Shown piece after piece: positions 17,774 through 26,383 of a DNA stretch of 43,518 nucleotides. How positions within the stretch are numbered: the stretch's first letter is position 1; each line of letters opens with the position of its first letter. The translations under genes and the position numbers were made by a program. Source of the DNA: Pseudomonadota bacterium (lineage in GTDB: Bacteria > Pseudomonadota > Gammaproteobacteria > Acidiferrobacterales > Sulfurifustaceae); assembly GCA_020354085.1 (NCBI GenBank), contig CP070641.1, positions 1,486,384 to 1,529,901 on the forward strand. Direction: 5' to 3'. The notes under the pieces were generated by a model, which was given only the letters and a program-made list of their open reading frames with translations, did no database searches and had not been told where the DNA came from.

Positions 17774-19996
17774 TCAGCTCGCGCGGCGGTGGACGCTCAG
17801 CACGTTCGGCAACTTGTCAATTAGGGCCAAGATACGGCTCAGCGTTTCGAGGTTGGGGATCTCGAGCGTAAAGGTCATGCGCGCGATGTGATCGTGTTTG
17901 TCGGTTTGGGTGTTGACCGCGACGACGTTCACCCGCTCGTTGGCCAATAGGCTCGTGATATCGCGCAACAGGCCCGAGCGATCATGCGCGGTGATCGCGA
18001 TTTCCACCGGGTAGGTACGATCCGGCTGCTCGCCCCAGTTTACTTCGATCAAGCGCTCGCCGTGCTCGTCTTGGTGTCTAAGCGCGTTCAAGCAATCCTG
18101 GCGGTGCACGGTAATGCCCTGAGCGCGCGTGATGAAACCGACGATGGCATCGCCCGGCACCGGGTTGCAGCACTTGGCCATGCGCGCCAGCAGATTGCCC
18201 ACACCCTGAACGCTTACCCCGGTCGGCCCGCGCGAGGTCGTTGCCGGCCGCGCTGTAGGCAACGCCGGCCGCTCGACCGGTGCGACCGGTGCGACCGGTG
18301 ATACCAACGCGTGCGCCGCGTTCATGATTTGCGTAGATTTCACCTCGCCGCGGCCGATGGCGGCGAACAAGTCTTCGGGCTTGGCAAAATCAAACTGCGC
18401 CGCAAGCTTTTCAAAGTTCACATCCGCCAGCCCCAAGCGGTGCAGCTCGCGGTCAAGAGTGGCGCGGCCCTCAGCGACGCTGGCCTCGTAGTTCTGCTGA
18501 CGAAAGTAATGCTGCACCTTCTGCCGCGCCTTGCTCGTAGCCAGATAGCCAAGATGAGGCGAGAGCCAGTCGCGCGACGGGCTGCCCTCCTTGACCGTCA
18601 GAACCTCCACGCGATCGCCGGTAGCGAGCACGTGGGTGAGCGGCACCATATGGCCGTTGACCTTGGCTCCCCGGCAACGATGGCCGACATTGGTGTGAAT
18701 GTAGTAGGCAAAGTCGAGCGGCGTGGCCCCCGCCGCCAAGTCGACAATATTGCCCTTCGGGGTGAACACGTAGACGCGCTCGCTGAACACCTCGGACTTG
18801 AACTGATCGACGAAGTCGGAGGCCTCCGCCACCTCGTCTTTCCATTCGAGCAGGCTGCGCAACCATGTGATCTTGTCGTCGAATCCCTTGTCCCCCTTGG
18901 CGCCTTCCTTGTATCGCCAGTGCGCGGCGACCCCAAGCTCCGATTCGCGGTGCATGTCGGCGGTGCGAATCTGCACTTCAACGGTCTTGCCTTCGGGTCC
19001 GATCACCGCGGTGTGGATTGAGCGATAGTTGTTTTCCTTTGGCGTGGCGATGTAGTCGTCGAATTCACCGGGAACGTGCTGCCAAAGCGAGTGCACAACG
19101 CCGAGCGCTGCGTAACAATCGCGTATCGACTGCGTGAGGACACGAACTGCGCGCACGTCAAAGATCTGTTCGAAGTCCTTGCCCTTGCGCCGCATCTTTC
19201 GCCAAATGCTATAGATGTGCTTGGCGCGGCCGCTGACCTCGGCCTCGACCTGCGCGGCCTTTAGCTCCTGCGCAAGACGTGCGACGAAGCTATCGATATA
19301 CGCCTCACGATCGACGCGCCGCTCGGCCAGCCAAGACGCAATCTCCTTGTAGGTCGTAGGCTCCAGATAACGGAACGCCAGATCTTCCAGCTCCCACTTC
19401 ATCTGCCAGATGCCGAGGCGATTGGCGAGCGGCGCAAAGATATCCATGGTCTCGCGCGCGATGCGCTGCTGCCGGTCAGGGGGCAAGGCACCGAGGGTAC
19501 GCATGTTGTGCAGCCGATCGGCCAGTTTGATCAACACCACCCGAACATCCTCGGCCATGGCGAGCAACATCTTGCGCAAGGATTCCGCCTGCGCGTGGTC
19601 CCTGTGCGCTGAGACGTCAGGCTGAAACTCCTGAATCACTTTCATCTTGGTAACGCCATCGACCAAGGCAGCGATGCGTGGACCGAACTCGACCTTGATA
19701 TCTTCAATGGTCGTGGGGGTGTCCTCCGCCACGTCATGCAATAGAGCCGCCGTGATCACCTCGGCGTCGAGCTTGAGTTCGGCAAGGATCTGCGCCACCG
19801 CCAGGGAGTGCAGTACGTAGGGTTCACCCGACGCCCGCGTCTGGCCGGTATGCGCATCGTGCGCACGCTCACAGGCGCGTCGCAACGTTTCGCGTTCGCT
19901 GGGGGAAAGATTCGCCCCCAGCGCCTGCAGCCACTGTTCGACGTCGACCGACGAACTGCCGGTCAGCCCGGGTTGTGGGGAAGTAACCTTGACCAT
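17774..19996 (-). CDS. RelA/SpoT family bifunctional (p)ppGpp synthetase/hydrolase
   Basis: 740 aa. HD-domain motifs GEPYVLHSLAVA, LLHDVAEDT and ADRLHNMRTL. Synthetase motifs HIYSIWRKM...FDVRAVRVL and YRSIHTAV...VEVQIRT..MH. TGS and ACT regions are present. Confidence 0.95.
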   Translation of the reverse strand: MVKVTSPQPGLTGSSSVDVEQWLQALGANLSPSERETLRRACERAHDAHTGQTRASGEPYVLHSLAVAQILAELKLDAEVITAALLHDVAEDTPTTIEDIKVEFGPRIAALVDGVTKMKVIQEFQPDVSAHRDHAQAESLRKMLLAMAEDVRVVLIKLADRLHNMRTLGALPPDRQQRIARETMDIFAPLANRLGIWQMKWELEDLAFRYLEPTTYKEIASWLAERRVDREAYIDSFVARLAQELKAAQVEAEVSGRAKHIYSIWRKMRRKGKDFEQIFDVRAVRVLTQSIRDCYAALGVVHSLWQHVPGEFDDYIATPKENNYRSIHTAVIGPEGKTVEVQIRTADMHRESELGVAAHWRYKEGAKGDKGFDDKITWLRSLLEWKDEVAEASDFVDQFKSEVFSERVYVFTPKGNIVDLAAGATPLDFAYYIHTNVGHRCRGAKVNGHMVPLTHVLATGDRVEVLTVKEGSPSRDWLSPHLGYLATSKARQKVQHYFRQQNYEASVAEGRATLDRELHRLGLADVNFEKLAAQFDFAKPEDLFAAIGRGEVKSTQIMNAAHALVSPVAPVAPVERPALPTARPATTSRGPTGVSVQGVGNLLARMAKCCNPVPGDAIVGFITRAQGITVHRQDCLNALRHQDEHGERLIEVNWGEQPDRTYPVEIAITAHDRSGLLRDITSLLANERVNVVAVNTQTDKHDHIARMTFTLEIPNLETLSRILALIDKLPNVLSVHRRAS

Positions 19997-20201
19997 TGTA
20001 GGCGTGTCACATGGGGTTGGGCGATCGCTATTTGAAGGCGACGGGGACTATCGCCAGCCCTCGCGCGAGTACTAACAGCTCATTTCGTTGTGTGCGTCGT
20101 CAGCTTACCGTCTGTCTTCGGGCGCCTCAAATACTCCCCGTGCCTTGCAAGCCAGCTAGAACCTGCTCTAATTTGATCAAAAGCGATGCCGCATCCCGCC
20201 C

Positions 20202-20789
20202 GTGCCCTCCCCGATGATCAATCAGTCCTACCGCGCCTGGCTTCTTGCCGTTTGCATCAGCGCTGCCACGCCCCTTGTTAGCCATGCCCAAGAGGTGGAT
20301 CCGGAGTTACGCCGCCTGTTGCAGATTGCGGCCGAGGCTTCGGATAGCTTTCCGGACCGGTTCGATGCGGAAGTGTGGCTGTTCGACATGTCCCGACGCC
20401 TGGATCGCAAGGTGCCTGACCCGAGTTTTCGTCTGGAGCTGCTCAAGCACGTGCACTACGAGGCGACGCGCGCAAAATTGACGCCCGAGCTGGTGCTCGC
20501 CGTCATCGAAGTCGAGAGTAACTTCGATCAATTCGCCATCTCGTCCGCCGGTGCCCGCGGCCTGATGCAGGTGATGCCCTTCTGGCTGAAGGAGATCGGC
20601 AAACCAGGAGACAGCCTGTTCCGCCTGCAGACCAACCTGCGCTATGGCTGCACCATTCTTAAGTACTACCTCGACAAGGAGCGCGGCAATCTGAACTTGG
20701 CGTTACGCCGTTATCACGGCAGCATGCGCGACCGCAGTTACCCAGCCAAGGTCGACCATCTCCTCAAGGTGCGCTGGTATCGCCAGTAG
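20202..20789 (+). CDS. Lytic transglycosylase (SLT domain) protein
   Basis: Signal peptide ...ISAATPLVSHAQE and SLT catalytic block VIEVESNFDQFAISSAGARGLMQVMP. The start is either GTG 20202 or ATG 20214. Confidence 0.85.
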   Translation: MPSPMINQSYRAWLLAVCISAATPLVSHAQEVDPELRRLLQIAAEASDSFPDRFDAEVWLFDMSRRLDRKVPDPSFRLELLKHVHYEATRAKLTPELVLAVIEVESNFDQFAISSAGARGLMQVMPFWLKEIGKPGDSLFRLQTNLRYGCTILKYYLDKERGNLNLALRRYHGSMRDRSYPAKVDHLLKVRWYRQ

Positions 20790-20817
20790 CTCCAGCAGTT
20801 CGTTGGAAAACGCGCTG

Positions 20818-21096
20818 CTAGCCTCGGACGCGGAAATCCGTGTGATGTTCAGGCTTGGATTCCTCGATCCGCACTTCTTCGACGCGGGCCGTCGGCGGGC
20901 CTTGCCACAACCAACGCTCAAGATCCCGTAACTGATGCTCGCTACCACAGGCCAGTAATTCCACCCGGCCATCTGCGAGATTGCGCACCCATCCGCTCAC
21001 ACCAAGGCCGCGCGCGGTTTTCTCCGTCGCCGCGCGGAAAAACACGCCCTGCACGCGGCCACTCACGAAGTAATGGCGGCAGACCTTTTCGTCCAC
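20818..21096 (-). CDS. acyP: Acylphosphatase
   Basis: 92 aa, with the VSGRVQGVFFRAAT and GWVRNLADGRVE signatures. Confidence 0.85.
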   Translation of the reverse strand: MDEKVCRHYFVSGRVQGVFFRAATEKTARGLGVSGWVRNLADGRVELLACGSEHQLRDLERWLWQGPPTARVEEVRIEESKPEHHTDFRVRG

Positions 21097-21108
21097 GGTG
21101 ACGATGCC

Positions 21109-21876
21109 TCAGGGAAACTCCACGCGCGCCGTTTGCCCGCCACGCAAGACGGCGTCCGTCGCACTGAAGGTGACCCCCACCTGGTACAGCGGATCCTTGC
21201 CGGCTTGTCCGGCGAGCGCTTCGCGCGCAATCGATTTAATCGTCCCCGGATAGCGTTTTCCCGCCACCGTGACGCTGACCGCCTGTCCCAGTTGCCGCTT
21301 GTCGAGCTCCGCACCGGGTACCTGAGTGATGGCGAGAAATTCTCCATGGGCGGCCAGCACCACCACCGGTCGGGACTCAAGCGCCGCCACCACGCTCTGA
21401 CCAGGTTGCGCCTGGACCGCAAGTATCGTCGCATCAAACGGGGCCAGGATGCGTGAGCGCGCAAGATTGTATTGCGCCCGCTTTAACGCCGCACGCGCTT
21501 CCATCAATGCGCCGTCGGCGCGCTTGATCTTAAGGCGCGTATTGTCGAGCTCAGTGGTCGACGCAAGCTGCCGATCGTAGATTTCCTTCATGTGCTTGAA
21601 GTCGCGCGTCGCTTCATCGTAGTCGGCGCTGGCGCGCGCGACACCGCCTTGCGCCCGCTCGACCGCGGCTTGGAACGGCGTAGCGTCCAGCGCCACCAAC
21701 ACGTCACCTTGCTTGGCGCGTGCGCCTGCCTCGACATTTACCGCGGTCACGACCCCCGATACCGGCAGGCCAATCTCGACGCGACGCGCGAACTGCACCG
21801 TGGCGTCGAAGCCGGCGCCGATCGCCGTCGACGGCACCAATGACCACGCCAATACGGCAATCGACCAGGGTCTCAT
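21109..21876 (-). CDS. Short periplasmic adaptor (HlyD/MFP family, barrel-sandwich + hairpin)
   Basis: 255 aa, with a signal peptide. It has a lipoyl-like half-motif GVVTAVNVEAGARAKQGDVLVALD, a coiled-coil hairpin and ILAPFDATILAV. The start overlaps the TolC-like stop (ATGA). Confidence 0.8.
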   Translation of the reverse strand: MRPWSIAVLAWSLVPSTAIGAGFDATVQFARRVEIGLPVSGVVTAVNVEAGARAKQGDVLVALDATPFQAAVERAQGGVARASADYDEATRDFKHMKEIYDRQLASTTELDNTRLKIKRADGALMEARAALKRAQYNLARSRILAPFDATILAVQAQPGQSVVAALESRPVVVLAAHGEFLAITQVPGAELDKRQLGQAVSVTVAGKRYPGTIKSIAREALAGQAGKDPLYQVGVTFSATDAVLRGGQTARVEFP

Positions 21877-23204
21877 GGTTTCTGCTCCTTCGTGGTTGCC
21901 GGTGCCAACTTTCCGGTCAGGGCCTCGATACGCGCCCAGGCCAGTGCGAGATCAAAGTCCGCGCGCGCTGCCAGAAACTGGGCTTCAGTCAAGCGCACCA
22001 GGGCATCGCCCAGATTGGCCTGGACTTCAAGCTCATAGAGCGTGCGCGTGCGCTCGAGCGCTGTATCGCGGAAAAGCAAGCGCTGCTGGGCGGCCGTACG
22101 CTGCACTCTAAGCGTTTCGATCTCTTGGACGAGATCGAGAACCGCCTGCTGTAGCTCGTGCTCGATCTCGCCTACCCGCGCTTCGCGCGCCGATTTATCG
22201 GCGACGGCGCGCGCCACATCGGCGTCGGTCTCACCGCCGTCCAGGATCGGTATACGCAGATTGATGCCGACACGCCACTCGTTGCGTCCCAAGCCGCGTG
22301 CCTGCTCATAATCCGCGTACTCGGCCTCGCCGGAAAGCACTGGTCGGCGGCGTGCGCGCGCCGCCTCAATACTGCGATCGGACGCCTCCAGCTCCCTGCG
22401 TGCCGCGACTGCCGTCGGGTTGTTCTCAAACACTTCTTGGAGCAGCGCCTTGTAGTCAGGCACCTCCCGATCCAAGGCTGCGAGCTTGGGCCGAATGAGT
22501 TCGCCTGGTACGTCATTGGGGCGATTGATCGCCACCGCCAGTTGCAGGCGCGTGGCGGCCTGGCGCTTGTCGCTCGCCGTGCGTGCGATCAACGTTTCGC
22601 GGTAGCGATTCTCCGCCTCCAGCAGTTCGACCTCGGAAAGCTGGCCGATTTCATGTCGCTGGCGCAGGCGATCGTAGGTCACGTACTTGTGCGCCATATC
22701 CTCGTTGTCGACGGCGTAGCGCAAGTCGGCCAACAACACGTCGAAGTATCGCCGCATGATCTCCAGTCTTCGCCGTTGACGGCGATCGACCAGCGCCAAT
22801 CCGCGCCCAGCGAGCTCTGCGCCCGCCGCTGCCTCCAGCGCGCTTTGGCGACCAAAGTCGTAGAGTTGCTTGGAAAGCAACACGCGTGCCCGACTGTCAT
22901 TGATGTCCGGGCCGCCGATCGCCGGTTGTGCGCGCTCTGGCGTTACGTCGGCGAACAATCGCGTGCCGGCACGGGATTCCGCCTCAAGAACCCTCGCGCG
23001 GGCGCGTGCGATCTCGGCCTCGGCCAGCGCGAGCTGGGGGTGCGGTTCATCGGCGAACGTCAGCGCGTGCTCGAGACTAAGCGGCTTTGGAAGTGGCGGC
23101 GGAACCGGTGCGGGCTGCGACGCCCAAGCGGTCGATATGACTATCCACAGCACGCCCGCGACCCGCACGCACCCTTTCAGCCATCTTCCCCCGGCGCTCC
23201 TCAT
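21873..23204 (-). CDS. TolC family outer-membrane channel protein
   Basis: 443 aa with a signal peptide. Two repeated OEP-type halves carry long coiled-coil segments (LSLEHALTFA..., ...LDLALAWARIEALTG). Confidence 0.85.
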   Translation of the reverse strand: MRSAGGRWLKGCVRVAGVLWIVISTAWASQPAPVPPPLPKPLSLEHALTFADEPHPQLALAEAEIARARARVLEAESRAGTRLFADVTPERAQPAIGGPDINDSRARVLLSKQLYDFGRQSALEAAAGAELAGRGLALVDRRQRRRLEIMRRYFDVLLADLRYAVDNEDMAHKYVTYDRLRQRHEIGQLSEVELLEAENRYRETLIARTASDKRQAATRLQLAVAINRPNDVPGELIRPKLAALDREVPDYKALLQEVFENNPTAVAARRELEASDRSIEAARARRRPVLSGEAEYADYEQARGLGRNEWRVGINLRIPILDGGETDADVARAVADKSAREARVGEIEHELQQAVLDLVQEIETLRVQRTAAQQRLLFRDTALERTRTLYELEVQANLGDALVRLTEAQFLAARADFDLALAWARIEALTGKLAPATTKEQKP

Positions 23205-23249
23205 GAGCGGTAGTGTAACGCCTGCTTGGCAGATTATGGGCGCGGCACG

Positions 23250-23813
23250 TCAGCGCGCGCTGCCGGCTGCAAGCCGCCGTTCGCGCTTGTAGACGGTGAA
23301 GTTCTTGTTCCTATAAACACCGTCGACGACAAACTCCCCGAGCCATATAAATTCTTCCGTCGTCATGTTGGCCCCGACGCTGCGCAACAAGGTCTCGCCG
23401 CCGCGGCCGACAAATACGAAGACCGGGGTGGCACGCACGTTGTAAGCCTTGAAGGCCAACTCCTTCACGGGCAATTCCTTGCCGGCAAAATCGGTGATGA
23501 CCGTATCGCCATTCTTGTCGAGGTGCAGCACGCGAAAGTGCTTGCGGTAGTAGTCCTGCACGTGCGGTTGACTCATGACGCTAGCTTTCATCTTCGCGCA
23601 CCACGGACAGTCTTCATCGTCGAACATCAAGAACAAGCCGGTCTTGCCTTGGCCGAGCGCGTCGTCGAGCTCTTCCTTAAGATTGCCGAAGCTTTGCTCG
23701 AAAAAATGCGTCATCGCATCGCGCGGTGTGGGCACGACGTCGGATGCCGCGTGCACGGCCACAGCGCCCAACCACAAAGCAGCCACTCCGACCGTGAACT
23801 TGTATTGCCCCAT
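23250..23813 (-). CDS. Periplasmic thioredoxin-fold protein (CPWC)
   Basis: Signal peptide, then GKTGLFLMFDDEDCPWCAKMK ... ATPVFVFV. This is typical of DsbD-partner/SoxW-like thioredoxin-fold proteins. Confidence 0.8.
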   Translation of the reverse strand: MGQYKFTVGVAALWLGAVAVHAASDVVPTPRDAMTHFFEQSFGNLKEELDDALGQGKTGLFLMFDDEDCPWCAKMKASVMSQPHVQDYYRKHFRVLHLDKNGDTVITDFAGKELPVKELAFKAYNVRATPVFVFVGRGGETLLRSVGANMTTEEFIWLGEFVVDGVYRNKNFTVYKRERRLAAGSAR

Positions 23814-23828
23814 CGTCTTAAGGCCAAC

Positions 23829-24344
23829 TCAGCCGGAGATAGGTTTCTGTCCGCGCAGCTTGGCCAGCATTTCTTCGAGTTGCTCCACGGTTACCGGCCC
23901 GACGCGATGCGCCGCAAGCTTGCCGTCCGGCGAGTAGAAGAGAAAGGTCGGAGTGCCGACGAACCGCCCGCCGCCTAGCATGCTGGCGACGGTGGGGTCA
24001 CCGATCAAATTGGGATACTCGAGCCCGTGGTCGCTAATGAACCGCAGCGCCTTGTCGCGCCCGCGCTCGGAGTCAACGGAAAGACCCAACACAGTCGCAT
24101 CGCGCTTCTTGTATTCATCGTAAAAGAAGGAGGTGTGGTGAATCTCGCGCCGGCAGATGGGGCAGTTCGACGACCACACCGCCACCACCGTCCACTTACC
24201 CTGCCCGATAAATTCATTGACGTTGCGGGTCTTGCCGTCTTGATCCTTGAGCACGACATTCGGGGTGCTCGCGCCTACCACTAACGGCATGGCCACCGAC
24301 GAGATGATCAGCCATCGAAAAATCCAAAACCTGAGTGTCGACAT
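23829..24344 (-). CDS. TlpA/ResA-like thiol:disulfide oxidoreductase (redoxin)
   Basis: Start at MSTLRFWIFRWLIISS after GGAGGAAGG. Membrane anchor, WTVVAVWSSNCPICRRE (CxxC) and GTPTFLFYSPDGK. Confidence 0.85.
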   Translation of the reverse strand: MSTLRFWIFRWLIISSVAMPLVVGASTPNVVLKDQDGKTRNVNEFIGQGKWTVVAVWSSNCPICRREIHHTSFFYDEYKKRDATVLGLSVDSERGRDKALRFISDHGLEYPNLIGDPTVASMLGGGRFVGTPTFLFYSPDGKLAAHRVGPVTVEQLEEMLAKLRGQKPISG

Positions 24345-24660
24345 CCTTCCTCCGAAGTCATCTGTACCGGCACGCCCGACGGCGAATTCTGCCACGAGCC
24401 TGCCTAATTTACCCCTTCGGCCCTCAGTGGCCTCCGTAGTCACGTGGTATCCATGGACGACGAAAGATTTCCTTGGCCGGGCGAGCCGTCCCTGCACGCG
24501 GCCGAGCGGGATAAACCCTCCGCCCGAGAGCCCAGGCAGGACGACGGGCAGCCAGGACAACCCCAGCGGATGGCGGATAGCAGGCCGGCCACCACCCTAC
24601 CCGTTCTCGCCAGAGGTTCGACGCGACGCGGCAGCAGCGTCAGAGGCTCGGCACTGAAAA

Positions 24661-24689
24661 TTGTAGGGGTTGGCGGCTATCGCTACAAT
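24661..24689 (+). promoter_or_regulatory. Candidate sigma-70 promoter (TTGTAG-N17-TACAAT) for the 24734 gene
   Basis: The hexamers at 24661..24666 and 24684..24689 have exact 17-nt spacing and lie ~45 nt upstream of the ATG. Confidence 0.45.
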
Positions 24690-24733
24690 TTGCCGATGAT
24701 TTCCGCCTACGCGCGTCTGCTCTCGAGGATTCA

Positions 24734-26383
24734 ATGGACTTGAAGCTGTCCGTACCGGCACTGTCCACGCGCGTGCTCGCCGAAGTCGAACTGAAACCCG
24801 CCAAGGTTAGGAAGTGGCTGGAAGACCTGCCGCTGCTAAACCTGGCCGAGACCGCACGCAAGCTGTTCTCGAACTTGACGGTCTACAACCGCATCGAGAT
24901 CGATCCGCGCGAGCGCTTGGAACTCCTCGAGAGTTATCGGCCGACAGTGCAACACGTGTCTGTCGAGCTACAACGCCAGTTCATCGGTTTACCGCTGCCG
25001 CTTTCGGACAAGCATAAATCCATTGCCGAGCAGGCCCGGCAGTTCCAAGTCGAACTGGCGTTCGGCTACAAGCGCATCGTGCAACAACAGGCCACGCTGC
25101 TCGCAAGCACCAGCGCCAGCGCCAACGGGAAGCCGAGTGCCGTCGAGCTGGCCTTGCCCATCCAGCGCGCGGTCCGCTACCTCACTTGCGTGCACGCCAC
25201 CTCCTACCAATCTTACTCTCCGTGCCCGGCCGGAACGTGGGAAGAGATTCACGAGCTCTACCGGCATACCGAAGCGCTCGGAGTGGTGGATACGACGGTG
25301 GAGGACGCGCTAAATTCGTCGGCGCCGCAAAGCAGTGTTGCGCATGCCTACAAGCAGGCACTGCTGCTCGATCTCGCCAATCCTTACCATCTACCGGCGC
25401 GCATGATCGAGAGTATTCATCAATACCTCGATCGCTACGCCTCGCTCGCCACGCTCGCGCCAGCGTCGACGGGTTTCGATCCAACCTGTCAATTCTTGAT
25501 CGATCTGTTCGGCCCGAGCGCGGGTATCGCGAATACCGGTGACACCTCGCTCGATGATCCGGCCCGCTATCGCCTGCTCAACACCGTGGAGTTGGCGCGC
25601 GCGATCCATGCGCAGTGGACCGCGCTGCAACGCGGTGAAACGCCGTCGGCCGATGGGTTGGCGGCGGATTTCTTCGGCAAGGGCGCACAGGATCTGCTGT
25701 ATCGCCTGGTGCATGCCTGGGGTCTGCACCCGCGCCGTGGCTTCCGGCGCACCGAGGGTGACGGGGGAACGGTGGATCTCGCCATCGGGCTGGACGCTGT
25801 CAACTACTGGCTGAACGGCGGCAAGCGTTTTGCCGTGAGCGCCAGCTACGTCGGGCCAACGCCGCAACGCACCACGCTCGGCTTGCATGAGCCCAAGCAC
25901 GACAACGCGCCCGTTGCGGATTTCGAACATTCCGGCTGGCAATTGCTCGATGAAGGTGCCGGCGGCCAAGCCTTGATCAAGAAGGGCTTGATCAAGACGC
26001 GCGTGCGTGTGGGCGACATCGTAGCGATGCGGCATGCGAACAGCGGCGAGCCATGGGAGATCGGCATCATTCGTTGGGTGCGCAGCGCCAGCTCCTCGCA
26101 CGCCGAGATCGGCACGCAGCGCATTGCTCCCCAGGGCGAGGCCTGCCTCATCAAGACCATGAATGAGCACGGGGAAGAAAGCGATTTCCTGCCGGCGGTC
26201 TTGCTACCGGAGCTGAAAGCGCTGAAAGTGCCGCCCTCACTGCTCACGCATCGCGGCGTATTCAAGGCCGACCGCGAGATCTACATGGACAACGGCTTGC
26301 AACTGCACAGGCTCGTCATCACCGATCCGGTCGAGGTCACGAGCACCTACGAGCGGTTTCAGTTCCGTATCGTCGAACGTTAG
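24734..26383 (+). CDS. Large conserved hypothetical protein with C-terminal PilZ-like beta-barrel (degenerate motifs)
   Basis: 549 aa, GAGGA RBS and good high-GC codon usage. The C-terminal WQLLDEGAGGQAL...VGDIVAMR....WEIGIIRWV.....EIGTQRIAP resembles the PilZ D-x-S-x-x-G strand pattern. A canonical closely spaced RxxxR is absent (RRGFRR lies ~75 aa upstream). Confidence 0.65.
   Translation: MDLKLSVPALSTRVLAEVELKPAKVRKWLEDLPLLNLAETARKLFSNLTVYNRIEIDPRERLELLESYRPTVQHVSVELQRQFIGLPLPLSDKHKSIAEQARQFQVELAFGYKRIVQQQATLLASTSASANGKPSAVELALPIQRAVRYLTCVHATSYQSYSPCPAGTWEEIHELYRHTEALGVVDTTVEDALNSSAPQSSVAHAYKQALLLDLANPYHLPARMIESIHQYLDRYASLATLAPASTGFDPTCQFLIDLFGPSAGIANTGDTSLDDPARYRLLNTVELARAIHAQWTALQRGETPSADGLAADFFGKGAQDLLYRLVHAWGLHPRRGFRRTEGDGGTVDLAIGLDAVNYWLNGGKRFAVSASYVGPTPQRTTLGLHEPKHDNAPVADFEHSGWQLLDEGAGGQALIKKGLIKTRVRVGDIVAMRHANSGEPWEIGIIRWVRSASSSHAEIGTQRIAPQGEACLIKTMNEHGEESDFLPAVLLPELKALKVPPSLLTHRGVFKADREIYMDNGLQLHRLVITDPVEVTSTYERFQFRIVER

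Noticed and set aside
18262-18300. Tandem 9-nt repeat (GCGACCGGT x ~3) inside the RelA/SpoT gene.
   Set aside because: It is in frame and encodes the low-complexity linker PVAPVAPVERP between domains. This is an ordinary coding microsatellite, not a regulatory or CRISPR-like repeat.
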